Positions 9,279 through 19,766 of a stretch of DNA of 64,000 bases are shown here, piece after piece. This stretch comes from an uncultured delta proteobacterium (GTDB taxonomy: Bacteria > Myxococcota_A > Polyangia > Polyangiales > Polyangiaceae). The translations under genes and the position numbers were made by a program. The notes beneath the pieces are model-generated. The model searched no databases. It worked only from the letters and a program-made list of their open reading frames with translations, and was not told the origin of the DNA. The DNA is taken from contig CAVOKF010000003.1 of assembly GCA_963696385.1 (NCBI GenBank), positions 640,001-704,000 of the forward strand, read 5' to 3'. Every line of letters begins with the position of its first letter. The stretch's first letter is position 1.

Positions 9279-11060
9279 ATGCCGTCGCTTTCGGTCATCC
9301 ATCGTATTTCGATCCCGGCGCCCGCCACGCATCTCGTCCACGTGGAAACTACGGTGTTCGATGCGCGCGACCGGTTGCCGGACGTCCTCGTCGCGTTCAT
9401 GGCCGTGTGGACCCCCGGATCCTATCTCGTGCGCGAATACGCGCGGCATGTTGAGAGCTTCGCGGCAGAGGCCCCAGCGCGCGCTTCGAAGGTTCGGAAG
9501 AATGCATGGCGGATCGAAACTGGAGACGGCTCGCGGGTAGTCGTCCGGTACCGCGTTTACGCAGGCGAGCTCACCGTGCGCACCAGTCACGTCGACGACT
9601 CGCACGCGTTTTTGGTCGGCGCCGCGCTCTTTCTCGCCATCGAGGGGTATGAGGGGGCAGGGGCGCGAGTCGAAATCGCAGCGCCGGCCGGCTGGCGTGT
9701 GGCGACCTCTCTGCGTCGATCCACCGGCGCCGAAAACGTGCACGTGCTGGAGGCTCCTGATTTCGAGACACTCGTCGACTCGCCGATCGAGATTGGCACG
9801 CATCGCAGCGAATCTTTCGACGTGCTCGGCAAGCCACACCGCTACACCATATGCCCCGAGCGAGCGATAAGCTCCACGGATCTCAAGCGACTCGTCGACG
9901 ACACGAGGACGATCGTCGAAACCGAGGCCAACCTGTTCGGCGGGAAACTTCCGTACGAAGAATACGATTTGATTCTTCATCTCTCGACCCGCGCCCGGGG
10001 TGGACTGGAGCATCGATCGAGCGCCGCCCTCATCGCTCCCGCAAGCAGTTTCGTCAGCCGCGATGGGTATCTGGACCTGCTTTCCCTCGTCGCTCATGAG
10101 TTGTTCCACGTCTGGAACGCAAAACTCATTCGCCCCGCCGGGCTGTGGCCCTATCGTTATCAGGAGGAGTGCTACACGCGCCTTCTCTGGTGGTTCGAGG
10201 GCGCGACGAGCTACTACGATTGGCGCGTCCTGGCGCTGTCACGCCTCTGCACGCTGGAAGAGTATCTCGATCACCTCGGCGCGGAGATCGCTTACTTGGA
10301 CCACACGCACGGGCGACTCGTCCAGTCGCTCGAAGAGGCGAGTTACGATGCGTGGATCAAGCTCTATCGACCCGACGAAAACTCTTCGAACGCCAGCGTG
10401 AGCTATTATCGAAAGGGGGAAGTCGTTTGCGCATTGCTCGACATCGAGCTTCGCGCGCGCACGGGCGGTGAAGCGACTCTCGAAGCCGTCGTCAAGCACC
10501 TGTGGGAAGAAGTCGGTTTGCGCGGACGACCCGTTCCAGAAGACGGTATGCAGTCGATTCTCGAGGGTGTCGCGAAAACGCCGCTGGCCGACCTGTTCGA
10601 AGCGTGGATCCGTACCCCCGGCGAGATCGATTACGCGGCCACACTCGCGCGCGTGGGACTGTCTGTCGAGCGGACGTCGCGTCCGGACGCGCCGCCGGCT
10701 TCGCTCGGCGTGCGGCTGCGATCCGATGCCGGTCGAACGGTAGTCGCGACCGTGATGCGGGAATCGTCCGCAGATCGAGCGGGGATCAGCGCCGGCGACG
10801 AGCTCGTAGCGATCGACGGAGTCCGCATCGACGGTGCGAATATCGACGCGCCCCTGCGAGCTACGCGGGCCGGGCAGTCGATCGACGTCGCGCTCGTGCG
10901 CGACGGTCGCTTGATCCATGTGAGCGCCGGGCTGGATCCGCCACGGCTCGATCGCGTGAAAATAGTCGGGCAGCGTGATCCGACGCCCGGCGCGCGCGAG
11001 GCCTTCACGGCCTGGCTCGGGCACCCCTGGCCCCCGGCCCGATCGAGGATGTCGCCGTGA
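9279..11060 (+). CDS. M61 family metallopeptidase with C-terminal PDZ domain
   Basis: WTPGSY, GGLEH, HELFHVWN (HExxH), WWFEGATSYY, SYYRKG, PDZ (AGISAGDELVAIDG). Confidence 0.93.
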   Translation: MPSLSVIHRISIPAPATHLVHVETTVFDARDRLPDVLVAFMAVWTPGSYLVREYARHVESFAAEAPARASKVRKNAWRIETGDGSRVVVRYRVYAGELTVRTSHVDDSHAFLVGAALFLAIEGYEGAGARVEIAAPAGWRVATSLRRSTGAENVHVLEAPDFETLVDSPIEIGTHRSESFDVLGKPHRYTICPERAISSTDLKRLVDDTRTIVETEANLFGGKLPYEEYDLILHLSTRARGGLEHRSSAALIAPASSFVSRDGYLDLLSLVAHELFHVWNAKLIRPAGLWPYRYQEECYTRLLWWFEGATSYYDWRVLALSRLCTLEEYLDHLGAEIAYLDHTHGRLVQSLEEASYDAWIKLYRPDENSSNASVSYYRKGEVVCALLDIELRARTGGEATLEAVVKHLWEEVGLRGRPVPEDGMQSILEGVAKTPLADLFEAWIRTPGEIDYAATLARVGLSVERTSRPDAPPASLGVRLRSDAGRTVVATVMRESSADRAGISAGDELVAIDGVRIDGANIDAPLRATRAGQSIDVALVRDGRLIHVSAGLDPPRLDRVKIVGQRDPTPGAREAFTAWLGHPWPPARSRMSP

Positions 11061-11542
11061 GCGGCCTAGGACCCAAGTCACGGGCCGCATCGCTCACCGA
11101 AATGACCGAATACGTCTTGCCGCCACACGCAAACCTCTTCGGCACGGTTTTCGGTGGCCAGATCATGGCATGGATCGACATTTGCGCGGCCGTATGTGCC
11201 CAGCGCCACGCCGGCCGACCGTGCGTCACGGCCTTCGTCGACGACATGATGTTCAAGCGCCCCGTTCGTGTAGGACAGGTGGTTCGGCTCCGCGCCCAAC
11301 TCGTGGCAACCTTCCGGACATCGATGGAAATCGAGGTGAGCGTGTGGGGCGAGGACATGTCGACGGGTGAGGACTGGCCTACCGTCGACTGTCGAACGAC
11401 TTTCGTGGCGATGAACGACGCGCGCATGCCGACGTTGGTGCCGCCGCTGATTCTCGAGTCCGAAGAGGACCGGGCGGCGCACGCCGCCGCGGAGGAACGG
11501 CGGCGAGTGCGGCTGGCAAAGCGGCTGCGATCGCCGGTTTAG
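11057..11542 (+). CDS. Acyl-CoA thioesterase (HotDog fold, YciA-like)
   Basis: VLPPHANLFGTVFGGQIMAWID, TSMEIEV; 4-nt overlap with the upstream gene. Confidence 0.9.
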   Translation: MSGLGPKSRAASLTEMTEYVLPPHANLFGTVFGGQIMAWIDICAAVCAQRHAGRPCVTAFVDDMMFKRPVRVGQVVRLRAQLVATFRTSMEIEVSVWGEDMSTGEDWPTVDCRTTFVAMNDARMPTLVPPLILESEEDRAAHAAAEERRRVRLAKRLRSPV

Positions 11543-11616
11543 CGCGCGGTACTCGCGCAAAGACGGCCAGGTCGCGCAGCGCACGGCGCCCTACCTCGGA
11601 TGGGCTCGCGGTCGGT

Positions 11617-12837
11617 TCACGCCAAGAGCGCGCGCGCACGAGTAGCAGCGATCTGCGCTGCGCCCTGGGTCACCACTTTACCGAGCCTTAGCCGATGAAC
11701 GCGCTGGGCTGCAAAGGACTGTGCCCCGACGAACAGCGCATCCGGACACCGGACGACGAAGCGCTCGAGGTCTCGGCGAGAGGGTCCGTAGAAGATCTGG
11801 ATAAACTGTGCACGGGCGCGAAGGTCTCGGGCGAGCCGTGATCCCTTCATCTCATCGTCCCAGTCGCAAACGTCGATCGATCCTTCAGGGTCGCGCTGGA
11901 AGGATCGCGCAAGATAGCGACCGGCCAGCACGCCGTATTCGATCGCTTGCGCAATCCCCTCGCCCGTGGCGGCATCGATTCCTGCCGCTTCGCCCACCAG
12001 CATTCGCCCACCGCGTGCGAGCCGCGTCGCAGGCTCGAAGCCTCGCTCCGCGTAACGCTTCTTCGCGTACACACGCGGATCGAGGCCGAGAGCTCGAAGC
12101 CGTGCGTCGAGCAGCGTTCCGAGTTCCTGCGTCGGCTCCTGATGCTGCGCGTCGGGCCCGATGACTTTCAGCCGGTACACCCCGCGAGACACGAGGGGGC
12201 GACCCGCGACGATCGTCGGAAAATCCCAAGCGTACCCGGCAAGAGTGGGGTCGGTCGCGTCGAAGTGCAAGAGGGCGCGATTGCGATCCCCTGCCATCGG
12301 CTCCGTGTCGACCTCGACGACTTGTGCGCGCAGCCTGCCCCAGCCTATCCCGAGGGACCGGCGAACCACGCTCCCGACCCCGTCGCAACCTACGACGACA
12401 CGGGTCCGGAGACATCCCGCGCTCGTCTCCAAGAGAACTCCGGCCGGACCCTCGTCGCGCATGCCTTGTACACAAACGCGATCGCGCACCTCAACACCCC
12501 GCGACGCTGCGGCTCGCGCGAGCGCGTGGTCGAATTCGCGCCGCCGAACGACGCGGCCGATGGCTCCCGGTGACGCCGACGACTCCCCTCGAGTTGCCCG
12601 AAACGAGATCCCGTCGATGGGCACCGACTCCCCGTCGAATCTCACTCCCATGGCGCCCAGCAGGACGTCGCCGCGGCCGCCCAATGCGCCGGCGCAGGGC
12701 TTGTCACGCGGATACCCGGCTTTTTCGAGGAGAACGACACGGTGCGCCATCGCAGGCGCCGAGTGCGCCAGCGCAAGCGCCGTTGCGGCACCGGCTGGGC
12801 CGCCACCGACGATGACGACATCCGCGTCGAACCCCAT
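11617..12837 (-). CDS. FAD-dependent oxidoreductase, geranylgeranyl-reductase-like family
   Basis: DVVIVGGGPAG Rossmann motif, RDKPCAG, GCDG, LVGEAAG...TGEGI. Confidence 0.85.
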   Translation of the reverse strand: MGFDADVVIVGGGPAGAATALALAHSAPAMAHRVVLLEKAGYPRDKPCAGALGGRGDVLLGAMGVRFDGESVPIDGISFRATRGESSASPGAIGRVVRRREFDHALARAAASRGVEVRDRVCVQGMRDEGPAGVLLETSAGCLRTRVVVGCDGVGSVVRRSLGIGWGRLRAQVVEVDTEPMAGDRNRALLHFDATDPTLAGYAWDFPTIVAGRPLVSRGVYRLKVIGPDAQHQEPTQELGTLLDARLRALGLDPRVYAKKRYAERGFEPATRLARGGRMLVGEAAGIDAATGEGIAQAIEYGVLAGRYLARSFQRDPEGSIDVCDWDDEMKGSRLARDLRARAQFIQIFYGPSRRDLERFVVRCPDALFVGAQSFAAQRVHRLRLGKVVTQGAAQIAATRARALLA

Positions 12838-13060
12838 CAAGGCGCTCTTACCGACGCTCGGAGGCGAGCTCGTCGTACAACGAGGAGTGCCGGACGTCGC
12901 CCCGTACCAGTGGATTGGCGAGAGGCGCGGCGTCGAGCCATGCCGAGAGGACACACGGGAAGCACGACGGCGGCGACGTTTAGCGGTCCCTCGCGCGGAT
13001 CGCCAGCGGACCCTGCCCACGAACGCGCCGCAGGCGTGCTAAGGTCGCCGCGCAAGAGCG

Positions 13061-15139
13061 ATGATCCCAGCATCGGATCCCGCCTTGGACGCGACCGCAA
13101 CGGCCGAGATGGCTGCGGATGCAAGTCCCCCGGCTTTGCGGGTGACCTGCGAGCACGCCGAGCGATGCGGCGGCTGCCCCCTGATCGGCTTACCGTACGC
13201 TGACCAGCTCGTCCTCAAGCGCGGAAGAGTCGTCCAGGGCGCTAGGAGGTATCCGGCCCTCGAGCTCGTGCACACGGAGCGGGTCCTGCCGGCACATCCG
13301 TTGGTCGGCTATCGCATCCGGGCGAAGCTCATCGTGGCTCCGGGCGCGAAGGTCGGGTTGTTCGCGAAGGGCGGGGGCCACCAGATCATCGACATACCGA
13401 AATGTCGCGTGCTCGCCCCCGCTCTCGCACGGGTTGCCGCCTACCTTCGCCGACGGATGGAGTCGGAGCATTCCGGCGGAGCCTTCGATCCATTCGATCC
13501 CACAGGTCCCGGCTCGCTTCGCGCCGTCGACTTGCGCGAAGCGCGTAACGACGGGGTAACCCGCGTCCTGGTGACATTCGTCGTGCAATTGCCCCGGCAG
13601 GCCGACCTTTCGGCTTGGGTGATCGCGGCGGAAGACATGATGCGCGAGCTCCCGGACGTCGTCGGCGTTGCGGCCAACCTGCACACCGGCGACAGCCCTC
13701 AGGTACTCGGCTCCCACACGGTCCCCCTCGCGGGGGTGTCCTCGACTCCAGACCGGATTGGCAGGTCCGTCCACTTGGCGACCTTCGGTTCGTTCGTTCA
13801 GGTCCATCGAGGTCAGGCCGAGCGCGTGCAACGGCTCCTGGCCGCAGCGGTTGCGTCGTTGAATCCGAGCGGCCGCGCGCCACGGGTGCTCGATCTCTAC
13901 GGGGGCTCGGGTGGGATCGCGCTCGGTCTCGCGGCAGCCGGCGCGAGCGTACGACTGGTCGAGTCCTTTGCGCCCGCGACTGCACAAGCGCGCCAGGCCG
14001 CACGAGAACAGTCGCTCGACGTCGATGTTCATTGTTCCGACGTCGCCACGGCGCTTCGCTCGTTTTACGAGCGCGCGGAACACTTTGACGCGGCAGTCGT
14101 GAACCCACCACGACGAGGAATGAGTCCTCAGGCGCGCGAGTCGCTCGCGCGCCTTGCGCCATCGCTCGTCGCCTACGTTTCATGCGACCCGGAGACGCTT
14201 GCACGCGACCTCGATCACTTCTCTCGGCTCGGCTACGACACCACCTCCCTGCGACCGCTCGACATGATTCCGCTCACGGACGAAGTCGAAACTATTGCAG
14301 TACTTCGCCGTGGAGGCATCCCGGTCCCGCGCGTCGCTTACGAGAACGACGAGGTCATCGTCGTCGACAAGAGCGCTCACGAACCGACGATGCCCCAGGG
14401 GGAGTACGCGTCGTCGCTCCTTACCCGTGCCCGGAGGCTGCCTGGAGCGCAGAATGCCGTCGCCGTGCACCGGCTCGACGTGGGGACGAGCGGGCTCGTC
14501 GTGCTCACGCGGCGCCCGGAGCATTTGGCCAAGTGGAAGCGAACGATATTCGCGCCAACGACGCGTACGATCTATGCGGCTGGGGTCCGCGGGGTGACTC
14601 CATCGAAAGGGACGGTGACGCGCGACCTGCGCGAAGAGGGCGCGCCACACCCGGCCCGAACCCGCTACAGACGCTTCACCATCGCCTCCGGGCACAGCAT
14701 CCTGCGCGTCGTTCCCGATCGTGAGAGGACTCACCAGATCCGCCGCCACTTGGCGTCGATCGGCCATCCCGTCCTCGGCGATGTACGCTACGGCCATGGA
14801 CTGACGAATCGGCACTTCGAGGAGAAGCGCGGCCTCGATCGAACGTTCCTGCACTTGGTCCGTCTGGAGTTCGACGATCCGGATACGGCGACTCGAGTCG
14901 TGGTCGAGTCGCCGTTACCCGGCGATCTTTGCTCGGTGCTCGAGCGCATCATCGGCCCGGATACGATCGGGCTTCTGGAACACGACAACTTCATGGGCAC
15001 GGCCCGAGCGTCCAGCGCGCCTCCCGCCGACACGGAGGTCCTGCCGGGATCCGAGACTCCCCTCGACGTCGACGCCCGCTTTCGCACGATTCGGCCCGAA
15101 CTGACCGATGACGAGGCGTCGGCCGCCGACGAATGCTGA
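13061..15139 (+). CDS. Fusion of RlmC/RlmD-type rRNA m5U methyltransferase and RluA-family pseudouridine synthase
   Basis: N-half: CEHAERCGGC Fe-S motif, SFVQV, VLDLYGGSG, NPPRRG, YVSCDPETLARD. C-half: VVDK, HRLD..TSG, THQIRRH...GHPVLGD..YG. One uninterrupted ORF. Confidence 0.88.
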   Translation: MIPASDPALDATATAEMAADASPPALRVTCEHAERCGGCPLIGLPYADQLVLKRGRVVQGARRYPALELVHTERVLPAHPLVGYRIRAKLIVAPGAKVGLFAKGGGHQIIDIPKCRVLAPALARVAAYLRRRMESEHSGGAFDPFDPTGPGSLRAVDLREARNDGVTRVLVTFVVQLPRQADLSAWVIAAEDMMRELPDVVGVAANLHTGDSPQVLGSHTVPLAGVSSTPDRIGRSVHLATFGSFVQVHRGQAERVQRLLAAAVASLNPSGRAPRVLDLYGGSGGIALGLAAAGASVRLVESFAPATAQARQAAREQSLDVDVHCSDVATALRSFYERAEHFDAAVVNPPRRGMSPQARESLARLAPSLVAYVSCDPETLARDLDHFSRLGYDTTSLRPLDMIPLTDEVETIAVLRRGGIPVPRVAYENDEVIVVDKSAHEPTMPQGEYASSLLTRARRLPGAQNAVAVHRLDVGTSGLVVLTRRPEHLAKWKRTIFAPTTRTIYAAGVRGVTPSKGTVTRDLREEGAPHPARTRYRRFTIASGHSILRVVPDRERTHQIRRHLASIGHPVLGDVRYGHGLTNRHFEEKRGLDRTFLHLVRLEFDDPDTATRVVVESPLPGDLCSVLERIIGPDTIGLLEHDNFMGTARASSAPPADTEVLPGSETPLDVDARFRTIRPELTDDEASAADEC

Positions 15140-15170
15140 GGCACGGCGAGCCCCATCCAGGCCCGAGCGT

Positions 15171-15386
15171 TCACGGATCGCTTCGGACGGCGCCAAGCTC
15201 GGTGCACAAGTCGTCGAGGACCGCATCGAGTTCGCGCATTCGTTCCACCGGGGCCGCCACCACCAAGTCGCCGCCATGGTCGGCATGGATGCCCGCCAGG
15301 CCATCGCAGGCCTCCACGACTCCCTTGAAGTACACGACGTCACGGGCACGCAAAATGACCCGTCGGACGACCATCCCCTCTCCCAT
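15171..15386 (-). CDS. Small conserved protein, DUF4911-like
   Basis: RARDVVYFKGVVEACDGLA pattern resembles DUF4911; start placed at ATG 15386. Confidence 0.6.
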   Translation of the reverse strand: MGEGMVVRRVILRARDVVYFKGVVEACDGLAGIHADHGGDLVVAAPVERMRELDAVLDDLCTELGAVRSDP

Positions 15387-15607
15387 GCAGGCTGCGGTCG
15401 GTCTCAGGAGCACGATCGCGATACTCTCACGTCTTGACGGGGCGGACCGGCCCTTCGCCGTCGGCCCCGCCTTCACGGCTTCGCTGGCGGTGCAAACGCG
15501 AATTGACGCCCCGGGCGCCCCGCGCTCGCGGGCTGCCGCTTCCGCCCCAATAAACCGTGGGCGAACACCGCGAGCGCACGCTAAGGTCTTGGCCGCGGAG
15601 AGCGGAC

Positions 15608-16165
15608 ATGATCCAGGACATGCAAAAGGAGCTGGGGGCCTCGCTCGCGAAATCGCATGATGCGCTCAAGCGCGAGCTCACCAAGCTTCGTGCCGGCCGG
15701 GCCAGCGCCTCGCTGCTCGACGGCATTCGAGCCGACTACTACGGCACCCCCACGGCTCTGGCGCAGATGGCTCACATCAACGTACCGGAACCGCGTCTCA
15801 TCGTTGTGAAACCTTGGGACAAAACCCAAATTAAAGCCGTCGAGAAGGCGCTACGTGAAAGCGATCTGGGCCTGAGCCCGCAAGTCGATGGAGACCTCAT
15901 TCGGGTTCCGCTGCCGCCGCTCACCGAGGAGCGTCGGCGGGAGTTCGTCAAAATTGCTCGCAAGTACGGCGAAGAATGTAAGGTCGCAATTCGGAAGTCT
16001 CGCCATGACGCACTCGACCTTCTCGGACAGCTCGAGGCCGAGGGCGAATCGAGCGCAGACGAGGTCGACCGCGCGAAGAAAAAGGTCGAAGAACTCGTCC
16101 AGGACGCCGTCAAGCACGTGGATGCGATCATTGCGAACAAGGAAAAAGACATTCTCGAGGTCTAG
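15608..16165 (+). CDS. frr: Ribosome recycling factor
   Basis: LRAGRA, DYYG.PT.L.Q.A, PPLTEERR, KEKDILEV. Confidence 0.97.
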   Translation: MIQDMQKELGASLAKSHDALKRELTKLRAGRASASLLDGIRADYYGTPTALAQMAHINVPEPRLIVVKPWDKTQIKAVEKALRESDLGLSPQVDGDLIRVPLPPLTEERRREFVKIARKYGEECKVAIRKSRHDALDLLGQLEAEGESSADEVDRAKKKVEELVQDAVKHVDAIIANKEKDILEV

Positions 16166-16211
16166 TGCTCTGCTTGACCGTCTTGGCCGGGAGCGCAGCG
16201 GTCTCGCGCGC

Positions 16212-16240
16212 TTGACACGCCATGGGGCGGGTGAAAGGCT
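16212..16240 (+). promoter_or_regulatory. Putative sigma70-type promoter for the PP2C phosphatase
   Basis: TTGACA-17 nt-AAGGCT with TG extension; GGAGG Shine-Dalgarno downstream. Confidence 0.45.
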
Positions 16241-16267
16241 TTTCGTGTTGGAGGTTTCGGCGCTTTG

Positions 16268-17119
16268 ATGCGGGCAGTCGCGGCCGGGCTGAGCGACGTG
16301 GGGCTCCAGCGCGAGCACAACGAGGATTCGTTCGTCGTTCTCAAGGAGTACGACCTGTTCGTGGTAGCGGATGGCATGGGCGGGCACCGCGCCGGTGACG
16401 TTGCCTCGCGCATCGCCACCGAAACGATTTCCGAGTTCTTTCGCACGACCGCCAACGAGGACATCACCTGGCCGTTCCATTTCGATACGAACTTGAGTGA
16501 GGAGGAGAACCGGCTGCTTACGGGCATTCGCGTTGCAAACCGGCAAATTTTCGAGCGGTCAACGCGTTCGCGCGAGTGCCACGGAATGGGAACGACCGTG
16601 GTGGGCGCGATGTTCAGCCCCAAGAAAGGCCGCATGTTCATCGGACACGTCGGCGACTCACGTTGCTACCGGGTCCGGCACGGCGCGATTCAACTGCTGA
16701 CCCGCGACCACTCGCTCATCAACGATTACCTCTCGGCCATGCCCGATTTGACCGACGAGCAGCGAAACGAACTGCCCAAGAACGTCATTACGCGCGCGCT
16801 CGGAATGCAGGACCACGTCGTCGTGGACCTCCAGCACGACGATCCCCTCGCCCACGACGTTTATGTGCTCTGTTCCGATGGACTCAGCGGCATGGTCGGC
16901 GACGATGAGATCGAGCAAATCATCGCCGGAACGAGCGATGTCCGAGAGGCGTGCCGGCGCCTCATTCAGCGCGCCAATGAGCGCGGTGGCGAAGACAACA
17001 TCACGGCCATTCTTATCAAGATCGAAAATTCCGAGGATGCCTCGGACGCGTCCACCCGGCAGGAGACGCACGGCGGCGCGAGTGCGAATCCGAAGCCCGA
17101 AAAGAAAGTCGGCACATAA
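16268..17119 (+). CDS. PP2C-type Ser/Thr protein phosphatase (Stp1/Pph1-like)
   Basis: REHNED, VADGMGGH, HVGDSR, LCSDGL, GGEDNIT. Confidence 0.95.
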   Translation: MRAVAAGLSDVGLQREHNEDSFVVLKEYDLFVVADGMGGHRAGDVASRIATETISEFFRTTANEDITWPFHFDTNLSEEENRLLTGIRVANRQIFERSTRSRECHGMGTTVVGAMFSPKKGRMFIGHVGDSRCYRVRHGAIQLLTRDHSLINDYLSAMPDLTDEQRNELPKNVITRALGMQDHVVVDLQHDDPLAHDVYVLCSDGLSGMVGDDEIEQIIAGTSDVREACRRLIQRANERGGEDNITAILIKIENSEDASDASTRQETHGGASANPKPEKKVGT

Positions 17120-17246
17120 CCGAGCTTCGCCTGGCGGCGCACACCCGCCGCCCCCTCCATGCCGAATCCTTGCGCGCACGGCTCCCGTCGATCGGGCGAG
17201 CGAAGCTTGACCATCGCTGGGCGAACGGCTATCCCGCGCGATCCCG

Positions 17247-17960
17247 ATGGTCAAAGCGATCTTCACGGTCCTCGGCGGCTTCTGCGTGTACGTCATGGCG
17301 ACGCTGTCGTACGCCGGTATCGCCGTGCTCATGGGGATCGAGAGCGCGTGCATCCCGCTGCCCAGTGAACTCATCATGCCGTATGCGGGAGCCTTGTCGC
17401 ATCCGGCCGTCGCCGCGGAGCTCGGCTCGCAATACGGCCTGACGTTGCCCGTGTTCAATCTTTTTTTTGCCGCCGTCGCAGGGGCGGTAGGCTGCAACCT
17501 GGGCAGCGAGGTGGCGTACTGGATCGGCGCAAAGGGCGGCCGGCCCGCCATCGAGAAATACGGCCGATACTTGCTCGTTTCGAAACACGAGATGGAACTG
17601 GCCGATCGCTGGTTCGATCGGCACGGGGAGATCATCATCTTCGTCGCACGGCTGCTCCCCGTCGTCCGCACGTTCATTGCGTTTCCTGCCGGCATTGCAC
17701 GAATGAACCGGACGAAATTTCACGTTTACACATTCCTCGGCTCGGTGCCCTGGTGCCTTGCTCTTGCGTACGTCGGACAGCAGCTCGGCGTCCGGTTGCT
17801 CGATGAGCACTCCCCCCTCAAGGGCTTCATGCACAAATTCGACGTCGTCATCGGGGCATCGATCGGTCTCGCCGTCGTCTATTTCGCTTGGTCTCGTGTA
17901 AACGTGTACCGTCAATACCGCGCAGAGGAGAGCGCAGCGGCGGCTGCCAAGACCGACTGA
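17247..17960 (+). CDS. DedA family membrane protein
   Basis: [26 protein letters not shown], several TM segments. Confidence 0.92.
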   Translation: MVKAIFTVLGGFCVYVMATLSYAGIAVLMGIESACIPLPSELIMPYAGALSHPAVAAELGSQYGLTLPVFNLFFAAVAGAVGCNLGSEVAYWIGAKGGRPAIEKYGRYLLVSKHEMELADRWFDRHGEIIIFVARLLPVVRTFIAFPAGIARMNRTKFHVYTFLGSVPWCLALAYVGQQLGVRLLDEHSPLKGFMHKFDVVIGASIGLAVVYFAWSRVNVYRQYRAEESAAAAAKTD

Positions 17961-18006
17961 GCCACGCTTTGTCAGGCCGGCATCCGGCCGGCGCTACACT
18001 CTTCAA

Positions 18007-19752
18007 ATGACCGACGTGCCCATCGCGGGGAGACCCAACCCCGACGACTACGTGTCCGACGGTGAGTCGCCCGTGAATCTGGAGATGATTCGCCGTGCCG
18101 TCGCCGCGTGGCGAGCGGGAACATTGGCCCAATCCGTCGCAAAAATGCCACCTCGACAGGCTCGCTTCTCGACATGGAGCGACGTCGAGGTGCCGGATGT
18201 CTTGACGCCCGCGGAAGTTCCTATCGACTACCTCCGGGACCTCGGCATGCCGGGCGAATACCCATTCGCGCGTGGTGTTCAGCCGACGATGTACCGCAGT
18301 CGGCTCTGGACCATGCGCATGTTCGCCGGGTTTGGCACGCCCGAACAGACCAATTCCCGTTTCAGGTATTTGCTCGCACAAGGTCAAACGGGCCTCTCGA
18401 CGGCGTTCGATTTCCCGACTCTCATGGGGTACGACAGCGACAGTCCCCGCGCGCTGGGCGAAGTCGGAATGTGCGGTGTCGCCGTCGATACGTTGCGCGA
18501 CATGGACGTCTTGTTCGCGGACATTCCGCTCGACGCCGTCACGACGTCGATGACCATCAACGGTCCCGCCGTCGTTTTGCTCGCGTTCTATGTGGCGCTG
18601 GCGGACGTGCGCGGAATCGCGCGCAGCTCGATCGGCGGAACGGTGCAAAACGACTGCCTGAAGGAGTTCATCGCGCAGCACGCATGGCTCGTGCCTCCCC
18701 GGCCGGCGATGCGAATCGTGACCGACATGATTGCGTTCTGCGCCCGTGAGGTCCCGCGCTGGAACACGGTGAGCGTCAGCGGATACCACATTCGTGAGGC
18801 CGGTGCGACGGCCAGTCAGGAGCTCGCATTCACGATCGCCGACGGGATCGCCTATGTGCAGAGCGGGATCGAACGCGGTCTCGACGTCGACGACTTCGCA
18901 CCGCGGATTTCTTTTTTTTTCGACGTGCACAACGATTTCTTCGAAGAAATCGCGAAATTTCGCGCCGCACGCCGAATGTGGGCGCGCATCCTAAAGGATC
19001 GCTTCGGCGCGACGAAGGCCGAAAGCATGAAACTTCGCACGCATGCGCAGACCGCCGGCGTTACGCTCACCGCTCAGCAGCCGCACAACAATGTCGTCCG
19101 CGTGGCGCTCCAGGCGCTGGCGGCGGTTCTCGGCGGCACGCAGTCGCTCCACACCAATTCCCTCGACGAAACGTATGCGTTACCGACCGAAGATGCGGTG
19201 ACGATCGCACTTCGAACGCAGCAAATTCTCGCCGAGGAGAGCGGCGTCGCGAGCACCGTCGACCCACTGGGTGGCTCCTGGTACGTCGAGCAGGCAACCG
19301 ACCGGATCGAGCGCGACGCGCTCGAGTACATCCGCCGGATCGACGAGTTGGGTGGCATGGTCAGCGCCATCGAGAAGGGATACCCGCAGCGCGAGGTGGC
19401 GGCGAGCGCGTACCGTCTCCAGCGGCAACTGGAAGCGGGTGAGCGCGTCGTCGTTGGAATCAATAAGTATGAGAGCGATCGGCTGCCTGCGATTCCGCTC
19501 CTTCGGATCGACGAGACAGTTTGCCGGACCCAGATCGACAACCTGAGGCGCGTGAAAGCCTCGCGGGACGCGTCGCGGGTCGAACGAGCGCTCGCCGCGG
19601 TGCGCATGGCAGCGGCGGCCGAACCGGGAACCTCAGGGGCCAACCTGATGCCACCCATCATCGAAGCGGCGAAGGCCTATTGCACCCAGCAGGAGATCTG
19701 CGACGTTCTGCGGAGCGTCTTCGGCACGTACAACGACCCGGCGGAATTCTGA
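18007..19752 (+). CDS. Acyl-CoA mutase large subunit with isobutyryl-CoA-mutase-type specificity residues
   Basis: WTMRMFAGF (Phe) and [12 protein letters not shown] (Gln) replace the Tyr/Arg of MCM; no B12-binding domain. Confidence 0.85.
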   Translation: MTDVPIAGRPNPDDYVSDGESPVNLEMIRRAVAAWRAGTLAQSVAKMPPRQARFSTWSDVEVPDVLTPAEVPIDYLRDLGMPGEYPFARGVQPTMYRSRLWTMRMFAGFGTPEQTNSRFRYLLAQGQTGLSTAFDFPTLMGYDSDSPRALGEVGMCGVAVDTLRDMDVLFADIPLDAVTTSMTINGPAVVLLAFYVALADVRGIARSSIGGTVQNDCLKEFIAQHAWLVPPRPAMRIVTDMIAFCAREVPRWNTVSVSGYHIREAGATASQELAFTIADGIAYVQSGIERGLDVDDFAPRISFFFDVHNDFFEEIAKFRAARRMWARILKDRFGATKAESMKLRTHAQTAGVTLTAQQPHNNVVRVALQALAAVLGGTQSLHTNSLDETYALPTEDAVTIALRTQQILAEESGVASTVDPLGGSWYVEQATDRIERDALEYIRRIDELGGMVSAIEKGYPQREVAASAYRLQRQLEAGERVVVGINKYESDRLPAIPLLRIDETVCRTQIDNLRRVKASRDASRVERALAAVRMAAAAEPGTSGANLMPPIIEAAKAYCTQQEICDVLRSVFGTYNDPAEF

Positions 19753-19766
19753 AGCCACGTGGACCG

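Noticed and set aside
12838..13060. Possible small ORF between the oxidoreductase and the RNA-modification fusion
   Set aside because: No frame gives a convincing start, codon bias or motif; probably a divergent promoter region.
18912..18920. T9 run in the ICM-like gene (also T8 in dedA at 17461-17468) as phase-variation sites
   Set aside because: Both are in frame and encode Phe runs; nothing in the sequence shows slippage.
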